A DNA stretch of 64,000 nt from Leptospiraceae bacterium (lineage in GTDB: Bacteria; Spirochaetota; Leptospiria; Leptospirales; Leptonemataceae). This document shows positions 1 to 11,268 of this stretch, piece after piece. The stretch is from positions 320,001 to 384,000 of the forward strand of contig JAVJNR010000005.1 of assembly GCA_040217195.1 (NCBI GenBank). Direction: 5' to 3'. The notes under the pieces were generated by a model that saw only the letters and a list, made by a program, of their open reading frames with translations, was not told the origin of the DNA and ran no database searches. The position numbers and the translations under genes are program-made. Position 1 is the stretch's first letter; every line of letters starts with the position of its first letter.

Positions 1-298
1 CATAGGCGAATGACGGAATGCCCGCCACGTATTCTAACGAAAGATTTCTAAACCCTGTAGTTCCAGGAGGCGCCTTGGCAACCAGCTGCTCCAGTACGAT
101 ACGTCCGTCAGGCTGTTCTGCGAACAAAGGAAACCAACGACAATCTTCGCCAGACAGTCTTGGACCTAAGTCCTGCTTTCCTTCTACTTTCTCAAGGGTA
201 ATTGTTCGATAGTTCCCAAAGTGCATCTCAGCGAACAATGAGCTGGAGCAGAGCAAGAGCCCTACAAAAATCATTAATGTAGCTTTCAAACCTTTCAT
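1..298 (-). CDS. Secreted hypothetical protein (runs off the window edge, 3' end missing)
   Basis: ATG at 298 preceded by GGAGAG; MKGLKATLMIFVGLLLCSSSLFA signal peptide; frame open to position 1; not in the ORF track. Confidence 0.7.
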   Translation of the reverse strand, partial: MKGLKATLMIFVGLLLCSSSLFAEMHFGNYRTITLEKVEGKQDLGPRLSGEDCRWFPLFAEQPDGRIVLEQLVAKAPPGTTGFRNLSLEYVAGIPSFAY

Positions 299-324
299 TT
301 GATCTCTCCATGCGGCGTTGCCGC

Positions 325-645
325 TTATTCTACAGGTGTTCCCTGAAATTTCATGCAGGCAGGCAAACCGGTTGCATCCCATACAATTCTGGCATTCTTC
401 CAGGTCGTAGTGCCCTGTTCCTTGCCCGATTTCCTCATTGCATCTACGATGAAGTTACTGAGCCCCGCAGCGCAATGTTTTGTCATCGGTGCAGATTCAT
501 CCGGCGTCATATTCCGAGGCGCGACCTCTACATAGGCTATATTACCCCAATTATACGTTATGCAGCTAATTCCGGACATCGCGATTACGAGAGAAATCAG
601 GATAAGCCGACAAAAACTTCGTCCATACAGCACTGACGTTATCAT
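325..645 (-). CDS. Small putative lipoprotein
   Basis: Hydrophobic N-terminal stretch ending ...SGISC; co-oriented with the neighbouring secreted ORF. Confidence 0.55.
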   Translation of the reverse strand: MITSVLYGRSFCRLILISLVIAMSGISCITYNWGNIAYVEVAPRNMTPDESAPMTKHCAAGLSNFIVDAMRKSGKEQGTTTWKNARIVWDATGLPACMKFQGTPVE

Positions 646-1177
646 CCCTTAATTTGTATTAGTGCGATATAACTGACAAGAAAGTTTCCCGGTACGCAGG
701 AATTATTTCGCGATAATCCCAGGGCGCCTGGAAGAAATACCGAAGATTGGTCGGTGGCGGCGGCTTACATCGATTCCCGCAGGGATTGGGTCCCCTGGAA
801 TGTCACTTCTGAAATTGAACGAGCATATTTCGCCATTGGGATTCTATCTTGATGGTGAGAAATCCTTCTGAAGACCTAGCGTTAGATACGGTCCCGATCT
901 CCATCGGGCAATCGCATATAAGGAAACTCTGGCACGCGCCCGAGGACATTCTCTGGAGGGAAGTCAACTTCGGCAATGGCTGGCTGGTCGCGCAATAATG
1001 AGAGCCCGGAAATCGGGCGCTCAGGTTGGAAATCCAAAATCCCGGTTCATTCCCGTTGCTTCCTGCAGGAAAGAGTCCCTGACATCCACACCATTTTCAA
1101 ATAAAGAGGTTGCAGTATGGAAGCCGATGGCCCAATGCTAGCCACTATTATTCACAGAGGATAGACATGAGGTACCA

Positions 1178-2287
1178 ATGATAAAAGCAGCTCTGCGGTC
1201 TACAGGCAGACGATTCATCCATTTCGTGGATATGTTTGCCTATCCCTTGCGTCTATCTCATTATCTCGAATTGATCAATCCATTGTGGACCAGGCATTCC
1301 CTGCAGGCCCGAGTTGTAAAGGTCTGGGATGAAACAAAAGATTCCCGGACTCTTACTTTACGTCCGGGACGGGGTTGGCGTACTCATCGACCGGGACAGC
1401 ATATCCGCGTTGGTGTCCCCATTGGTGGAATGCGTCATACCCGGACCTATTCCATTTCATCGGCTCCCGGAACCCTGGACGGATGTATTAACATAACAGT
1501 CAAAGCCATCACAGACGGCCGTGTTTCTGGCCATCTGGTACGGTATCTGAAGCCCGGCACTTATTTGCCCATTGGCGAACCCCAGGGTGAGTTTGTTCTA
1601 CCCTTCGCTATTCCAGTCCATCCGTTATTTATCACAGCCGGCAGTGGCATCACTCCCATAATGAGCATGCTTCGCAACTATATCAAGGAATACCGGGCAT
1701 TGCCAGACATTAGGCACATCCATTACGCGCCTCATTCCTACGACGTGATTTTCGGAAAGGAATTACAGCGACTGGTTGAGTCGCAAAAGCATTATAAGTT
1801 GCATCGAATATACACCCGCGAATTGGGAGAAACCGTTTCGCAAAAATTACACTTTAGTCCGGCGCAGCTGGAGCAACACTGCCCGGATTGGCGGCAGCGT
1901 GATGTCTGGGCCTGCGGGCCGGCGGCTCTTTTGGATGCTGTGGAAGAGCACTGGGCTCAGGCCGGACTTTCCGATCGGCTCAATGTAGAGCGCTTTCGCG
2001 CGAAACTAGCAGATACCCCGGCCGACGCAAAAGGCGGCACAATAAAATTTGCAACCAGTGGATTGGAATATCTGTCTGATGGAGAAACGAATATACTCCG
2101 GTTAGCCGAAGACGCCGGGCTCAATCCCGGGCACGGTTGCCGTATGGGTATATGTCATTCCTGTGATTGCGCTCTGGTAGCAGGATCCGTGCGAGACTTG
2201 AGAACAGGAGCAATAACCTCTGAGGCTGGCCAGACAGTACAGGTATGTGTGTCCGTTGCGGTCGGAGATGTAGAGGTGGAATTATGA
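1178..2287 (+). CDS. Ferredoxin reductase (FAD/NAD-binding + 2Fe-2S), desaturase electron-transfer partner
   Basis: RTYSISS, AGSGITP, CGP and CRMGICHSC motifs; ATGA overlap with the desaturase. Confidence 0.9.
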   Translation: MIKAALRSTGRRFIHFVDMFAYPLRLSHYLELINPLWTRHSLQARVVKVWDETKDSRTLTLRPGRGWRTHRPGQHIRVGVPIGGMRHTRTYSISSAPGTLDGCINITVKAITDGRVSGHLVRYLKPGTYLPIGEPQGEFVLPFAIPVHPLFITAGSGITPIMSMLRNYIKEYRALPDIRHIHYAPHSYDVIFGKELQRLVESQKHYKLHRIYTRELGETVSQKLHFSPAQLEQHCPDWRQRDVWACGPAALLDAVEEHWAQAGLSDRLNVERFRAKLADTPADAKGGTIKFATSGLEYLSDGETNILRLAEDAGLNPGHGCRMGICHSCDCALVAGSVRDLRTGAITSEAGQTVQVCVSVAVGDVEVEL

Positions 2288-3453
2288 GTAGAGCAACCAG
2301 TACACAAAAAGACAGAGCAACAGCCTTACCGATCAAACTTAACGATGCAGAGATTGAAGAGTTTGGCCGCGAAGTAGAACTGATTCGCAAAGATGTAATG
2401 GACAGTCGTGGCGACCGCGATGCTCGTTACATCTACAGGTTAATCAAAGTGCAGCGCTCATTTGCTCTCATTGGCCGATTAATCATTTTCGCAAGCCTGG
2501 GCTTCTTACCGGAATGGGGGCATAAATTTGCACAATGGATCTATTTCTGGCCAGTGATGTCTTTAGGCGTCCTGTTACTTGCAAGCGCGAAGATCCTGGA
2601 GAATATGGAAATCGGACACAATGTTTCCCATGCACAATGGGACTGGATGCGGGATCCAAATATACAATCAGGAAGCTGGGAATGGGACCATGTATGCCCA
2701 TCGGATCAATGGAAGCATTCGCATAATGTAAGGCATCATACCTGGACCAATGTATTTGGTAAAGATGCCGATGTGGGCGGCTACGGGCTTCTACGGATGT
2801 TTCCCGAGCAGCGCTGGTCAAAATTCAATCTGGGCAATCCGATCTACGCTTTTCTACTTGCAGTATTCTTCGAATGGGGCATTGCCATTCAGGAACTGGA
2901 GCTTGGTCTTGTACTTACAGGAAAACGTAAACTTTCGAGAATGAAACCAATGCTGAAACGAACCGGAGCGAAGATGCTGCGTCAGGTCTTAAAAGACTAT
3001 GTTCTATTCCCTGCCCTTGCCGGTCCGTTTTTTCTGTATGTAATGGCTGCCAACGCCACTGCCTGCATAATTCGGAACCTCTGGACCTACATGATTATCT
3101 TTTGCGGCCATTTTTCCAAAGACGTGCATGTATTTACAATCCGACAAGTTCAAAACGAAACCAGGGGACACTGGTATGTACGGCAAATCCTCGGATCCTG
3201 CAACATTGGCGGCGGTAAACTATTTCATATCATGAGCGGAAACCTCAGCCATCAAATCGAGCACCATATGTTTCCGGACATGCCCAGTAATCGATACCCG
3301 GAAATCGCGCCCCGCGTACGCGCTCTCTGCGATCGCTATCGGCTGCCATATAACACACGATCCCTCACACTTCAGTTCGGTTCCGCTGTGGGTCGGATTT
3401 TCCGGATGACCTTTCCAGGCTATACGCGGGCTCCAGCCGCATCCGTGCCCTGA
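2284..3453 (+). CDS. Acyl-CoA fatty acid desaturase (DesA3/DesB-like)
   Basis: His boxes HNVSH, HNVRHH, HQIEHH; start MSRATS overlaps the upstream stop. Confidence 0.9.
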   Translation: MSRATSTQKDRATALPIKLNDAEIEEFGREVELIRKDVMDSRGDRDARYIYRLIKVQRSFALIGRLIIFASLGFLPEWGHKFAQWIYFWPVMSLGVLLLASAKILENMEIGHNVSHAQWDWMRDPNIQSGSWEWDHVCPSDQWKHSHNVRHHTWTNVFGKDADVGGYGLLRMFPEQRWSKFNLGNPIYAFLLAVFFEWGIAIQELELGLVLTGKRKLSRMKPMLKRTGAKMLRQVLKDYVLFPALAGPFFLYVMAANATACIIRNLWTYMIIFCGHFSKDVHVFTIRQVQNETRGHWYVRQILGSCNIGGGKLFHIMSGNLSHQIEHHMFPDMPSNRYPEIAPRVRALCDRYRLPYNTRSLTLQFGSAVGRIFRMTFPGYTRAPAASVP

Positions 3454-3458
3454 GCATT

Positions 3459-3482
3459 GCCGGATCCCAACCGGCTTTTTTT
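3459..3482 (+). terminator. Rho-independent terminator
   Basis: GCCGG-N7-CCGGC followed by T7. Confidence 0.55.
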
Positions 3483-3526
3483 GTAGGTCGGGGTCCACGG
3501 TTGTGAGTACCATAGGCATAGTATCC

Positions 3527-4963
3527 ATGATTGCCTTCGACAATACCTATACCAGTCTTCCGGGGAAGTTCTATACAAATGGAAAGCCAGAGGTAGTTTC
3601 GCAACCTCAACTCTTTGCCTTCAATCATGAACTGGCCCGGGAACTGGGTCTTGATCTCTCGTCTGTTTCGGAGGGGGAGCGTGCCGCGCTGTTTACTGGC
3701 CAGTCATTACCCGAGCAGGCAAGCCCCATATCCTTTGCCTATGCCGGCCATCAGTTTGGACAGTTCAATCCACAACTTGGGGATGGACGGGCGCTGCTGT
3801 TGGGCGAGGTACTGGCGCCCAACGGTAATCGTTACGATATCCAGCTCAAGGGTTCCGGCGTCACACCCTGGTCCAGGGGCGGCGACGGAAAGTCCTGGGT
3901 CGGCCCGGTAATCCGGGAATACATACTCAGCGAAGCCATGCACAATCTGGGCGTACCCACCACACGGGCTCTGGCTGCAGCCACTACCGGCGATCCGGTT
4001 TATCGTGAATCCCCATTACCGGGGGGGATATTCACCCGGGTTGCTTCCAGCCATATCCGTATTGGCACCTTTGAATACTTTGCCGCCCGCCGGGACATAG
4101 AGAGCCTGAAACTTTTGGCGGACTATTCCATAGATCGCCACTACCCGCAATGCAATCAGGGCGAGAACCCGTATCTCGCTTTTCTAGAAGCAGTGGGCCG
4201 AAAGCATGCCGCACTTATCGCAAAGTGGATGTCTCTGGGCTTCATCCACGGTGTTATGAACACGGACAACATGGCCATCTCCGGGGAGACCATCGACTAC
4301 GGCCCGTGTGCATTCATGGATACCTTCTCGCAAAATAAAGTATTCAGCTCCATTGACCAGGGCGGGCGCTATGCCTACGGAAACCAAATAAGGATCGCCC
4401 AATGGAATCTGGTGCAGCTGGCCAATTGTCTGGTGCCTCTGGTGGATTCGGACAGCGACCGGTCCGTTAAGAAGCTCGAGGAGTGTCTCGGTCAATTGAT
4501 GGGGGTCTACGATGAAGAATGGCTAAAGGAAATGGCTTCCAAGTTTGGTATTTTCGAAGCGCGTCAGGAAGACATAAAGATCATTCAGGATTTCTTGAGC
4601 CATCTCGAAGAAGAACAGCTGGATTTCACCGTTGAGTTTCGCAGGATTACGGATAGCATGGATGCAGAGTGGGCCGCGGACAGCCAGGAGGAATTTCGCA
4701 GGACATGGCGCATACGCCTTGAGGATCAACCGCAGAGCTTTGGGAAGGCCGCCGAATTAATGAGTCAGAGCAACCCGGTGTATATCCCCCGTAATCACCA
4801 GGTAGAGCGCGCTATCCAGGCCGGAGCAGCGGGAGACTATTCACTTTTTGAACGCATGAACGAATGCCTGAAGACGCCTTTCGAAAAGCGCGAAGAGTTT
4901 GCCGAATTTGAGCTGCCGCCGGAGCCCCGGGAAGTTGTTACTGCAACTTTTTGCGGCACGTAG
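3527..4963 (+). CDS. selO: Protein adenylyltransferase SelO (YdiU family)
   Basis: YAGHQFG, LGDGRA, QLKGSG, RGGDG, HGVMNTDN, IDYGP, PRNH motifs; C-terminal TFCGT. Confidence 0.93.
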   Translation: MIAFDNTYTSLPGKFYTNGKPEVVSQPQLFAFNHELARELGLDLSSVSEGERAALFTGQSLPEQASPISFAYAGHQFGQFNPQLGDGRALLLGEVLAPNGNRYDIQLKGSGVTPWSRGGDGKSWVGPVIREYILSEAMHNLGVPTTRALAAATTGDPVYRESPLPGGIFTRVASSHIRIGTFEYFAARRDIESLKLLADYSIDRHYPQCNQGENPYLAFLEAVGRKHAALIAKWMSLGFIHGVMNTDNMAISGETIDYGPCAFMDTFSQNKVFSSIDQGGRYAYGNQIRIAQWNLVQLANCLVPLVDSDSDRSVKKLEECLGQLMGVYDEEWLKEMASKFGIFEARQEDIKIIQDFLSHLEEEQLDFTVEFRRITDSMDAEWAADSQEEFRRTWRIRLEDQPQSFGKAAELMSQSNPVYIPRNHQVERAIQAGAAGDYSLFERMNECLKTPFEKREEFAEFELPPEPREVVTATFCGT

Positions 4964-5156
4964 CGCGTTTGGAATCTGCGATGATTGGCCCGATCGAATT
5001 GCCAGAGTCAAGGTAATCGCATCAGCGAAGTATCCAAAGAAATCAAATTGGAACGTCGCAGCAAGATGCATGAGCAACCCAGTATGGAAATCGAACTTAG
5101 CATATAACCACATGGATACTCGGTCAGTGCGATGCTTGTTGTCTTCACCGGAGCTA

Positions 5157-5498
5157 TCCGCGCAGTTCTGAACCCGGAGTTTGCCTTAAAAGCACCGTCC
5201 GCACATTTCCGAACCCGGAGTTCGCTTTAAAAGCACCATCCGCGCATTTCTGAATCCGGAGTTCGCCTAAAAACCACCATCCGCGCATTTCTGAAACCGG
5301 AGTTCGCCTAAAAACCTCCATCCGCGCATTTCCGAACCCGGAGTTCGCCCTAAATCCGCCATCCGCACATTTCCGAACCCGGAGTTCACCTGATAAGCAC
5401 CGTCCGCGCATTTCTGAACCCGGAGTTCACCTGAGAAGCACCGTCCGCGCATTTCCGAAACCGGAGTTCGCCTTAAAAGCACCGTCCGCACATTTCTG
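5157..5498. repeat. 41-bp tandem repeat, 8 full copies + 1 partial
   Basis: Consensus TCCGCGCATTTCYGAAMCCGGAGTTCRCCTWAAAAGCACCR at an exact 41-bp period from 5157 to 5484, partial copy to 5498. Confidence 0.95.
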
Positions 5499-5837
5499 CT
5501 GAGCCTCCTTTCTCTGCCCCTATCCACAGAGCCGGGCCGCGGAAGCTAGAAACTGGTCTGCGGCGGAAGGGTCGACCCCGAGTTCAGGAAGGACGAGTGC
5601 AGCAAATCTGTCTACGGACAGACAGCTTGCTCCGAGAGCTGGCCCCCGCAGACCCTCGATATGCACGCGACCCAAACTGTGGAGAGTTATCCCCAATTTC
5701 TTGGAAAAAATGAATAGGCCGGGTCCCAGGGGTTTGAGCTCCCTTGTAAAAAATGTAAACCTCGATACTTTCTCTGCCCCCAATATCTGGTTGGCCGAAT
5801 AAGCCACCTGATCTCGGTTGTCGAGAAAGGAGAAAAA

Positions 5838-6602
5838 ATGAAACGAACTGTTGCTATAATCACTCTGGTAGCTCTGAGCGGAACCTTTGCCGCAAGATGC
5901 GCCACCCTGGACAAATTGGGATGGAACACGATCATCGGAACTGGTATTGGCTGTGGAGCCGGTCTGGCTCTGGGTGCCATCTACGATGAAGTCCAGCGCA
6001 AAAAAGAGAATAAGGACCGCAAGAAGCTGGAAAATGCCGTCTACGGTATCTTTAAAGAACGCAAGAAGCATAACCAGGGTAAGATCATTGGTCTGGCCAC
6101 TGGATGTCTGGCTGGCCTGGGAATCGGTGCCTATCTGGATATCATGAAAGAAGACATGGAAGATACCATGGGCGATAAAGGAATCTCCCTGGAATCTGTG
6201 AAAGGTCCGGATGGTGAAACCGATGAGCTCCTGGTTAAGATGGACGGAGATATTAGCTTTGATACCGGAAGCGCGGGCCTGAAGGGTGTTGCCAAAGACA
6301 ACGTAGACAAACTCTCCGAAGCTCTTGAAGCCTATCCAGAAACCAAAATCAAGATCTGGGGTCATACGGATTACACCGGTTCTCGTCCCGTTAATGATAG
6401 ACTGAGCCTATTAAGAGCTCAAAGTGTAGAGTCCGACCTCGGAATGCCTTCTTCTAGAATTGCAGAAGTTCGAGGATTTGCCTGGGATCGTCCTGTAAGT
6501 GGCGGAGCGCCTTCTCCAGGTGCCAATCGGGCCAATCGACGGGTTGAAGTGCGCATCGTTGCCGATAAGAGCGCTCTAAGCCCTGCAAGTCTCATACAAT
6601 AA
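5838..6602 (+). CDS. OmpA-family (peptidoglycan-binding) lipoprotein with glycine zipper
   Basis: Signal ending ARC; Gly-rich helices; FDTGS, GHTD, LSLLRA, NRRVE motifs; AGGAG RBS. Confidence 0.88.
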   Translation: MKRTVAIITLVALSGTFAARCATLDKLGWNTIIGTGIGCGAGLALGAIYDEVQRKKENKDRKKLENAVYGIFKERKKHNQGKIIGLATGCLAGLGIGAYLDIMKEDMEDTMGDKGISLESVKGPDGETDELLVKMDGDISFDTGSAGLKGVAKDNVDKLSEALEAYPETKIKIWGHTDYTGSRPVNDRLSLLRAQSVESDLGMPSSRIAEVRGFAWDRPVSGGAPSPGANRANRRVEVRIVADKSALSPASLIQ

Positions 6603-6617
6603 TCGCGCTGCCTCAAT

Positions 6618-6652
6618 CCGGGGGGGATTCGTCTCCCCCGGGTCCTTTTTTT
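6618..6652 (+). terminator. Rho-independent terminator
   Basis: CCGGGGG...CCCCCGG stem followed by a T tract. Confidence 0.7.
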
Positions 6653-6690
6653 ATTCGGTTGACCTCAGCCACCTTCCTCACAAGCCTGCA

Positions 6691-6717
6691 TTAGCAGACG
6701 GGAGCATTGATTGCTAA
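6691..6717 (+). promoter_or_regulatory. CIRCE element (HrcA operator)
   Basis: TTAGCAGAC-N9-GATTGCTAA versus consensus TTAGCACTC-N9-GAGTGCTAA; directly upstream of groES. Confidence 0.85.
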
Positions 6718-6808
6718 TCCCGGATACTTCTCCACCCGAGAAGAGCCCTCTGGGCAATAATTCAGACCGTTGAATTGTCTTTGGACAGTTCCAAATCAGG
6801 AGGAAGGA

Positions 6809-7093
6809 ATGGCAGTGAAGCCTTTAAGCGACCGAATCGTAATCGTTCCAAGAGAAGAAGCAGAGGAGAAAGTGGGATCCATTTATATCCCGGACTCTGC
6901 CCAGGAAAAGCCCCTGGAAGGCACCGTAGAAGCAGTAGGCCCCGGCCGAGTGGAAAACGGTGAACGTGTAACTCCAACTGTTAAGAAAGGGGATCGCGTA
7001 CTCTACGGAAAATACTCAGGTACAGAGATTAAAACCGATGGGAAGGAAATGCTGATCGTTCGCGAAGCAGACATCCTGGCCATCCTCGACTGA
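6809..7093 (+). CDS. groES: Co-chaperonin GroES
   Basis: KPLSDR, AVGPGR, VKKGDRV, KYSGTE; GGAGG RBS. Confidence 0.97.
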   Translation: MAVKPLSDRIVIVPREEAEEKVGSIYIPDSAQEKPLEGTVEAVGPGRVENGERVTPTVKKGDRVLYGKYSGTEIKTDGKEMLIVREADILAILD

Positions 7094-7106
7094 GCAATTT
7101 AATTAG

Positions 7107-8774
<1,668 letters not shown>

Positions 8775-8822
8775 GCCCTGCTACCGGAGCATTCGCTCTA
8801 CCTTTGCGATACATTTCGCAAG

Positions 8823-8852
8823 AAAGCCCGGCCATCTGGTCGGGCTTTTTTT
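8823..8852 (+). terminator. Rho-independent terminator of groESL
   Basis: AAAGCCCGGCCA-TC-TGGTCGGGCTTT followed by a T tract. Confidence 0.85.
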
Positions 8853-9057
8853 ATACGGTAGCTGATTTCCAGAATTCTCGGATAAGCAATAAAGGGGCAA
8901 GACAATACAATGCGTCAGAAGTATATGGATAATCTCTGAGCAACCAACTCCCGGATAGCGAATTGCTCGGTCAGTCCGGGGAGATTCGTAATCCCCGCCG
9001 CAGACGACATTCCTGGTCTGCCCTTTCCTGCTATCTGCAATCTAACGATCGAAAGAA

Positions 9058-9477
9058 TCAATTAGGACAGGCACCATCCGTAAAGCCCATCACTCGGGTA
9101 TCCACACATGCAAAACAGCTATTGGCGTAGGATTGACGACACTGAGGACTAAAGCATCTTGAGGGCTTCTCGGACCAACCGCAGACTGGTTTGTAAATCT
9201 GAATGCAATTATCCGCTTCCTTCTGCCGTGGTCCGCAGCTCTGGTAAGAAGTAATGGGTCGTTCCTTAACTCGCTCGCAACCGCAGCCACAATCATCGAA
9301 GAAGGGCCTGGAATAGGAATCGCATTTGAATTTGATTCGCTCGCAATTCTGGGGATCCTGATTTACATATTCCTTTCCGTCGGTATCGCATCCATCTCCC
9401 CCGGGTGTGCCGGTACCGCATCCGATGAAAAGACCAATAAGGATTATCGAAGCTGGCAACAGGCCCAGTCGATTCAT
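9058..9477 (-). CDS. Cys-rich lipoprotein with a Kazal-like C-terminal module
   Basis: Lipobox FIGC; CIQIYKPVCG...SYANSCFAC; additional CGCGC module. Confidence 0.7.
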   Translation of the reverse strand: MNRLGLLPASIILIGLFIGCGTGTPGGDGCDTDGKEYVNQDPQNCERIKFKCDSYSRPFFDDCGCGCERVKERPITSYQSCGPRQKEADNCIQIYKPVCGWSEKPSRCFSPQCRQSYANSCFACVDTRVMGFTDGACPN

Positions 9478-9495
9478 TGATTCACTCCTTTCCCA

Positions 9496-10572
9496 TTAAT
9501 TATTATGAGTAGAACAGAGCCGGTCCATATTTCGTAGATTCTCCATCAGGAGCTCCACAATCAAGGGGTCCAGGCTTATGAACGCATCTCTATAGGAAGG
9601 GGACGAATCATTCCAGCTTCTGCAGCCTCTTTTTTTCCCCTCCTGGTGAAATAAATGAAGAGAACGCAGAAGCTCATAGCGCTTCTGTCGCATGCTTGCA
9701 TTGTCTCCGGTTTTCCCCAGAAAGACCAGTTTTTCCAGTCCTGCGCGAATACTATCCGTATTGTTTGCACCCTCTTCTCCCGGTGGATGGATAGAGACTA
9801 TGACAGCCACCCGGTCCAGGGCAGCACGCCCCGGGGCAGGTAACAGGTAGGAAGAGAAGACCCGGAAAGGATTATTTCTCAGGCTGTGCGGATCGTCTGG
9901 AAGTATCCTGGTATCCACAAGAATTACATCATAGTGGATCTGAGAATAAGCATAGGACTGCCAGAATGTCAAAAAGCGATATTCTTCTATTTCCGGATCT
10001 CGGCTATCCAGCCCCGAGGAGCTCAGCCATTCCGATCGTAAAGCTTCAGCACCGGGCACAGCTGAAATTGGCTTTGCGGAGATCAGGGGCAGCGATCCAG
10101 AAGCCACACTGGCCGGAAACTCGGCTCCAATCAAAAGCACCGGCTCCAATTGAATCTGACGTAGATAGGATTCCTTGTCCTCTATAGAGAGACGCAAGGG
10201 ATAAGGACTTTCAATAGGCAATCTATTGCGTCTGACAGCTCGAGCCGTAATGAACTCAGTGTCCTGCGGCTGGTCGACGATGAAATGAAACCTGAGCTCG
10301 GGATAATCAGCATGTATCTCCTGACCAGCCCTCTCCAGCCATTGATCCAATTGTTCCCTTGCATAGAGCTTCTCTGATCGGCTGGTTAGTAAACCTACAT
10401 TCAAATACAGGTCCAGAGTTTCCCCGGGGCCCTTTTCAACTCCCTCGCCAAACATGGTACGCGGCCGAACATCTTCCAGAAGGTCGCAATTTGGCGAGCC
10501 AAGGAGCAGCAGGGCTGCAAGAATTAATGCAGGTCTAGCGTTCGCCGAATATCTCCTTTCGCTGCTCATCAA
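9496..10572 (-). CDS. Hypothetical lipoprotein/secreted protein
   Basis: 358-aa ORF; signal-like ALILAALLLLGSPNC; start uncertain. Confidence 0.7.
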   Translation of the reverse strand: MMSSERRYSANARPALILAALLLLGSPNCDLLEDVRPRTMFGEGVEKGPGETLDLYLNVGLLTSRSEKLYAREQLDQWLERAGQEIHADYPELRFHFIVDQPQDTEFITARAVRRNRLPIESPYPLRLSIEDKESYLRQIQLEPVLLIGAEFPASVASGSLPLISAKPISAVPGAEALRSEWLSSSGLDSRDPEIEEYRFLTFWQSYAYSQIHYDVILVDTRILPDDPHSLRNNPFRVFSSYLLPAPGRAALDRVAVIVSIHPPGEEGANNTDSIRAGLEKLVFLGKTGDNASMRQKRYELLRSLHLFHQEGKKRGCRSWNDSSPSYRDAFISLDPLIVELLMENLRNMDRLCSTHNN

Positions 10573-10804
10573 TAAAATCCTGAATACCCCTCATTTTCTT
10601 GGCGAGGCAGGCGCGACACATACTATACTGGAATGTCTTTACACCTTTTTGACCACAACTTGCACACCCTTCGGGCTCCTCCTGTTCATCCATAGCAACC
10701 ACCATTCGATTCCCTTTCTGATGCATAGTAATTCGTTCCACCGTTCCCTGGTTTCCTTTATTTTTTTTACTTTCGACAGTATCAGACTGTCCACCGTCTT
10801 CCAT
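10535..10804 (-). CDS. Small protein with CxxC...CxxC (putative Zn-binding)
   Basis: CASC-X13-CRAC; co-oriented with and overlapping the downstream ORF; start uncertain. Confidence 0.5.
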   Translation of the reverse strand: MEDGGQSDTVESKKNKGNQGTVERITMHQKGNRMVVAMDEQEEPEGCASCGQKGVKTFQYSMCRACLAKKMRGIQDFIDEQRKEIFGER

Positions 10805-11035
10805 TGAGTGAGCTACTCGCTCATCATTGCGGCCCGAGTCGACCTGAAAAGGCTTTCCAGAATGCAAGGCCCCAATGCGCAGCATCCCGGACCCGGCGCG
10901 CGCTTCTCCGGACTCGGCACAGCCCCCGTTTTCGACAAGGCCGGCCCAATTCGCTAATTTTTCTTTATTTTTCAGAATCAACATATATAATTTCCACTCT
11001 TCGCATCTCACCGACAGACTTCGCTGGTGTTCCAG

Positions 11036-11059
11036 GTTTATCCACGGCCGTGGATAAAC
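11036..11059. promoter_or_regulatory. Perfect 24-bp palindrome made of two inverted DnaA-box-like sites
   Basis: GTTTATCCACGGCCGTGGATAAAC; each arm matches TTATCCACA at 8/9 positions. Confidence 0.5.
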
Positions 11060-11268
11060 TCCCACATTGTTTTGAACCTGCTCGGCCGCTTCGCCCGGCA
11101 GGCAAGCTCCGGAGCAGGCTATATATCCTGTCCGGGCTTCGCGGTCAAAGCAAAAAAGCGAAACATCAAGGGAGGGCCGGATATTTTTATTACACTTGTA
11201 TATACATTCGCATCCAGGTGCTCAGGCTTTTTTTATTGCATCTACAGATGGAACAAAAACCCTGCATT

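Noticed and set aside
4955..4963. Selenocysteine read-through in SelO
   Set aside because: The gene ends CGT followed by TAG, not TGA
5157..5498. CRISPR array
   Set aside because: Variable segments are only ~12 bp and clearly related to each other; no cas genes in the window
5508..5780. 13-bp direct repeat CTTTCTCTGCCCC as a target-site duplication
   Set aside because: No terminal inverted repeats or transposase between the copies; may be chance
5520..6365. 281-aa minus-strand ORF, and similar antisense ORFs over groEL, gcvP, ftsZ and others
   Set aside because: Shadows of well-supported genes on the opposite strand
10805..11268. Glycine riboswitch before gcvT, and the N-terminal extension of the 526-aa ORF
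   Set aside because: No recognisable GGAGA/CCGAAG/CUCUCAGG aptamer pattern by eye (an Rfam scan would settle it); GcvT homology begins at MPLKQTPLH
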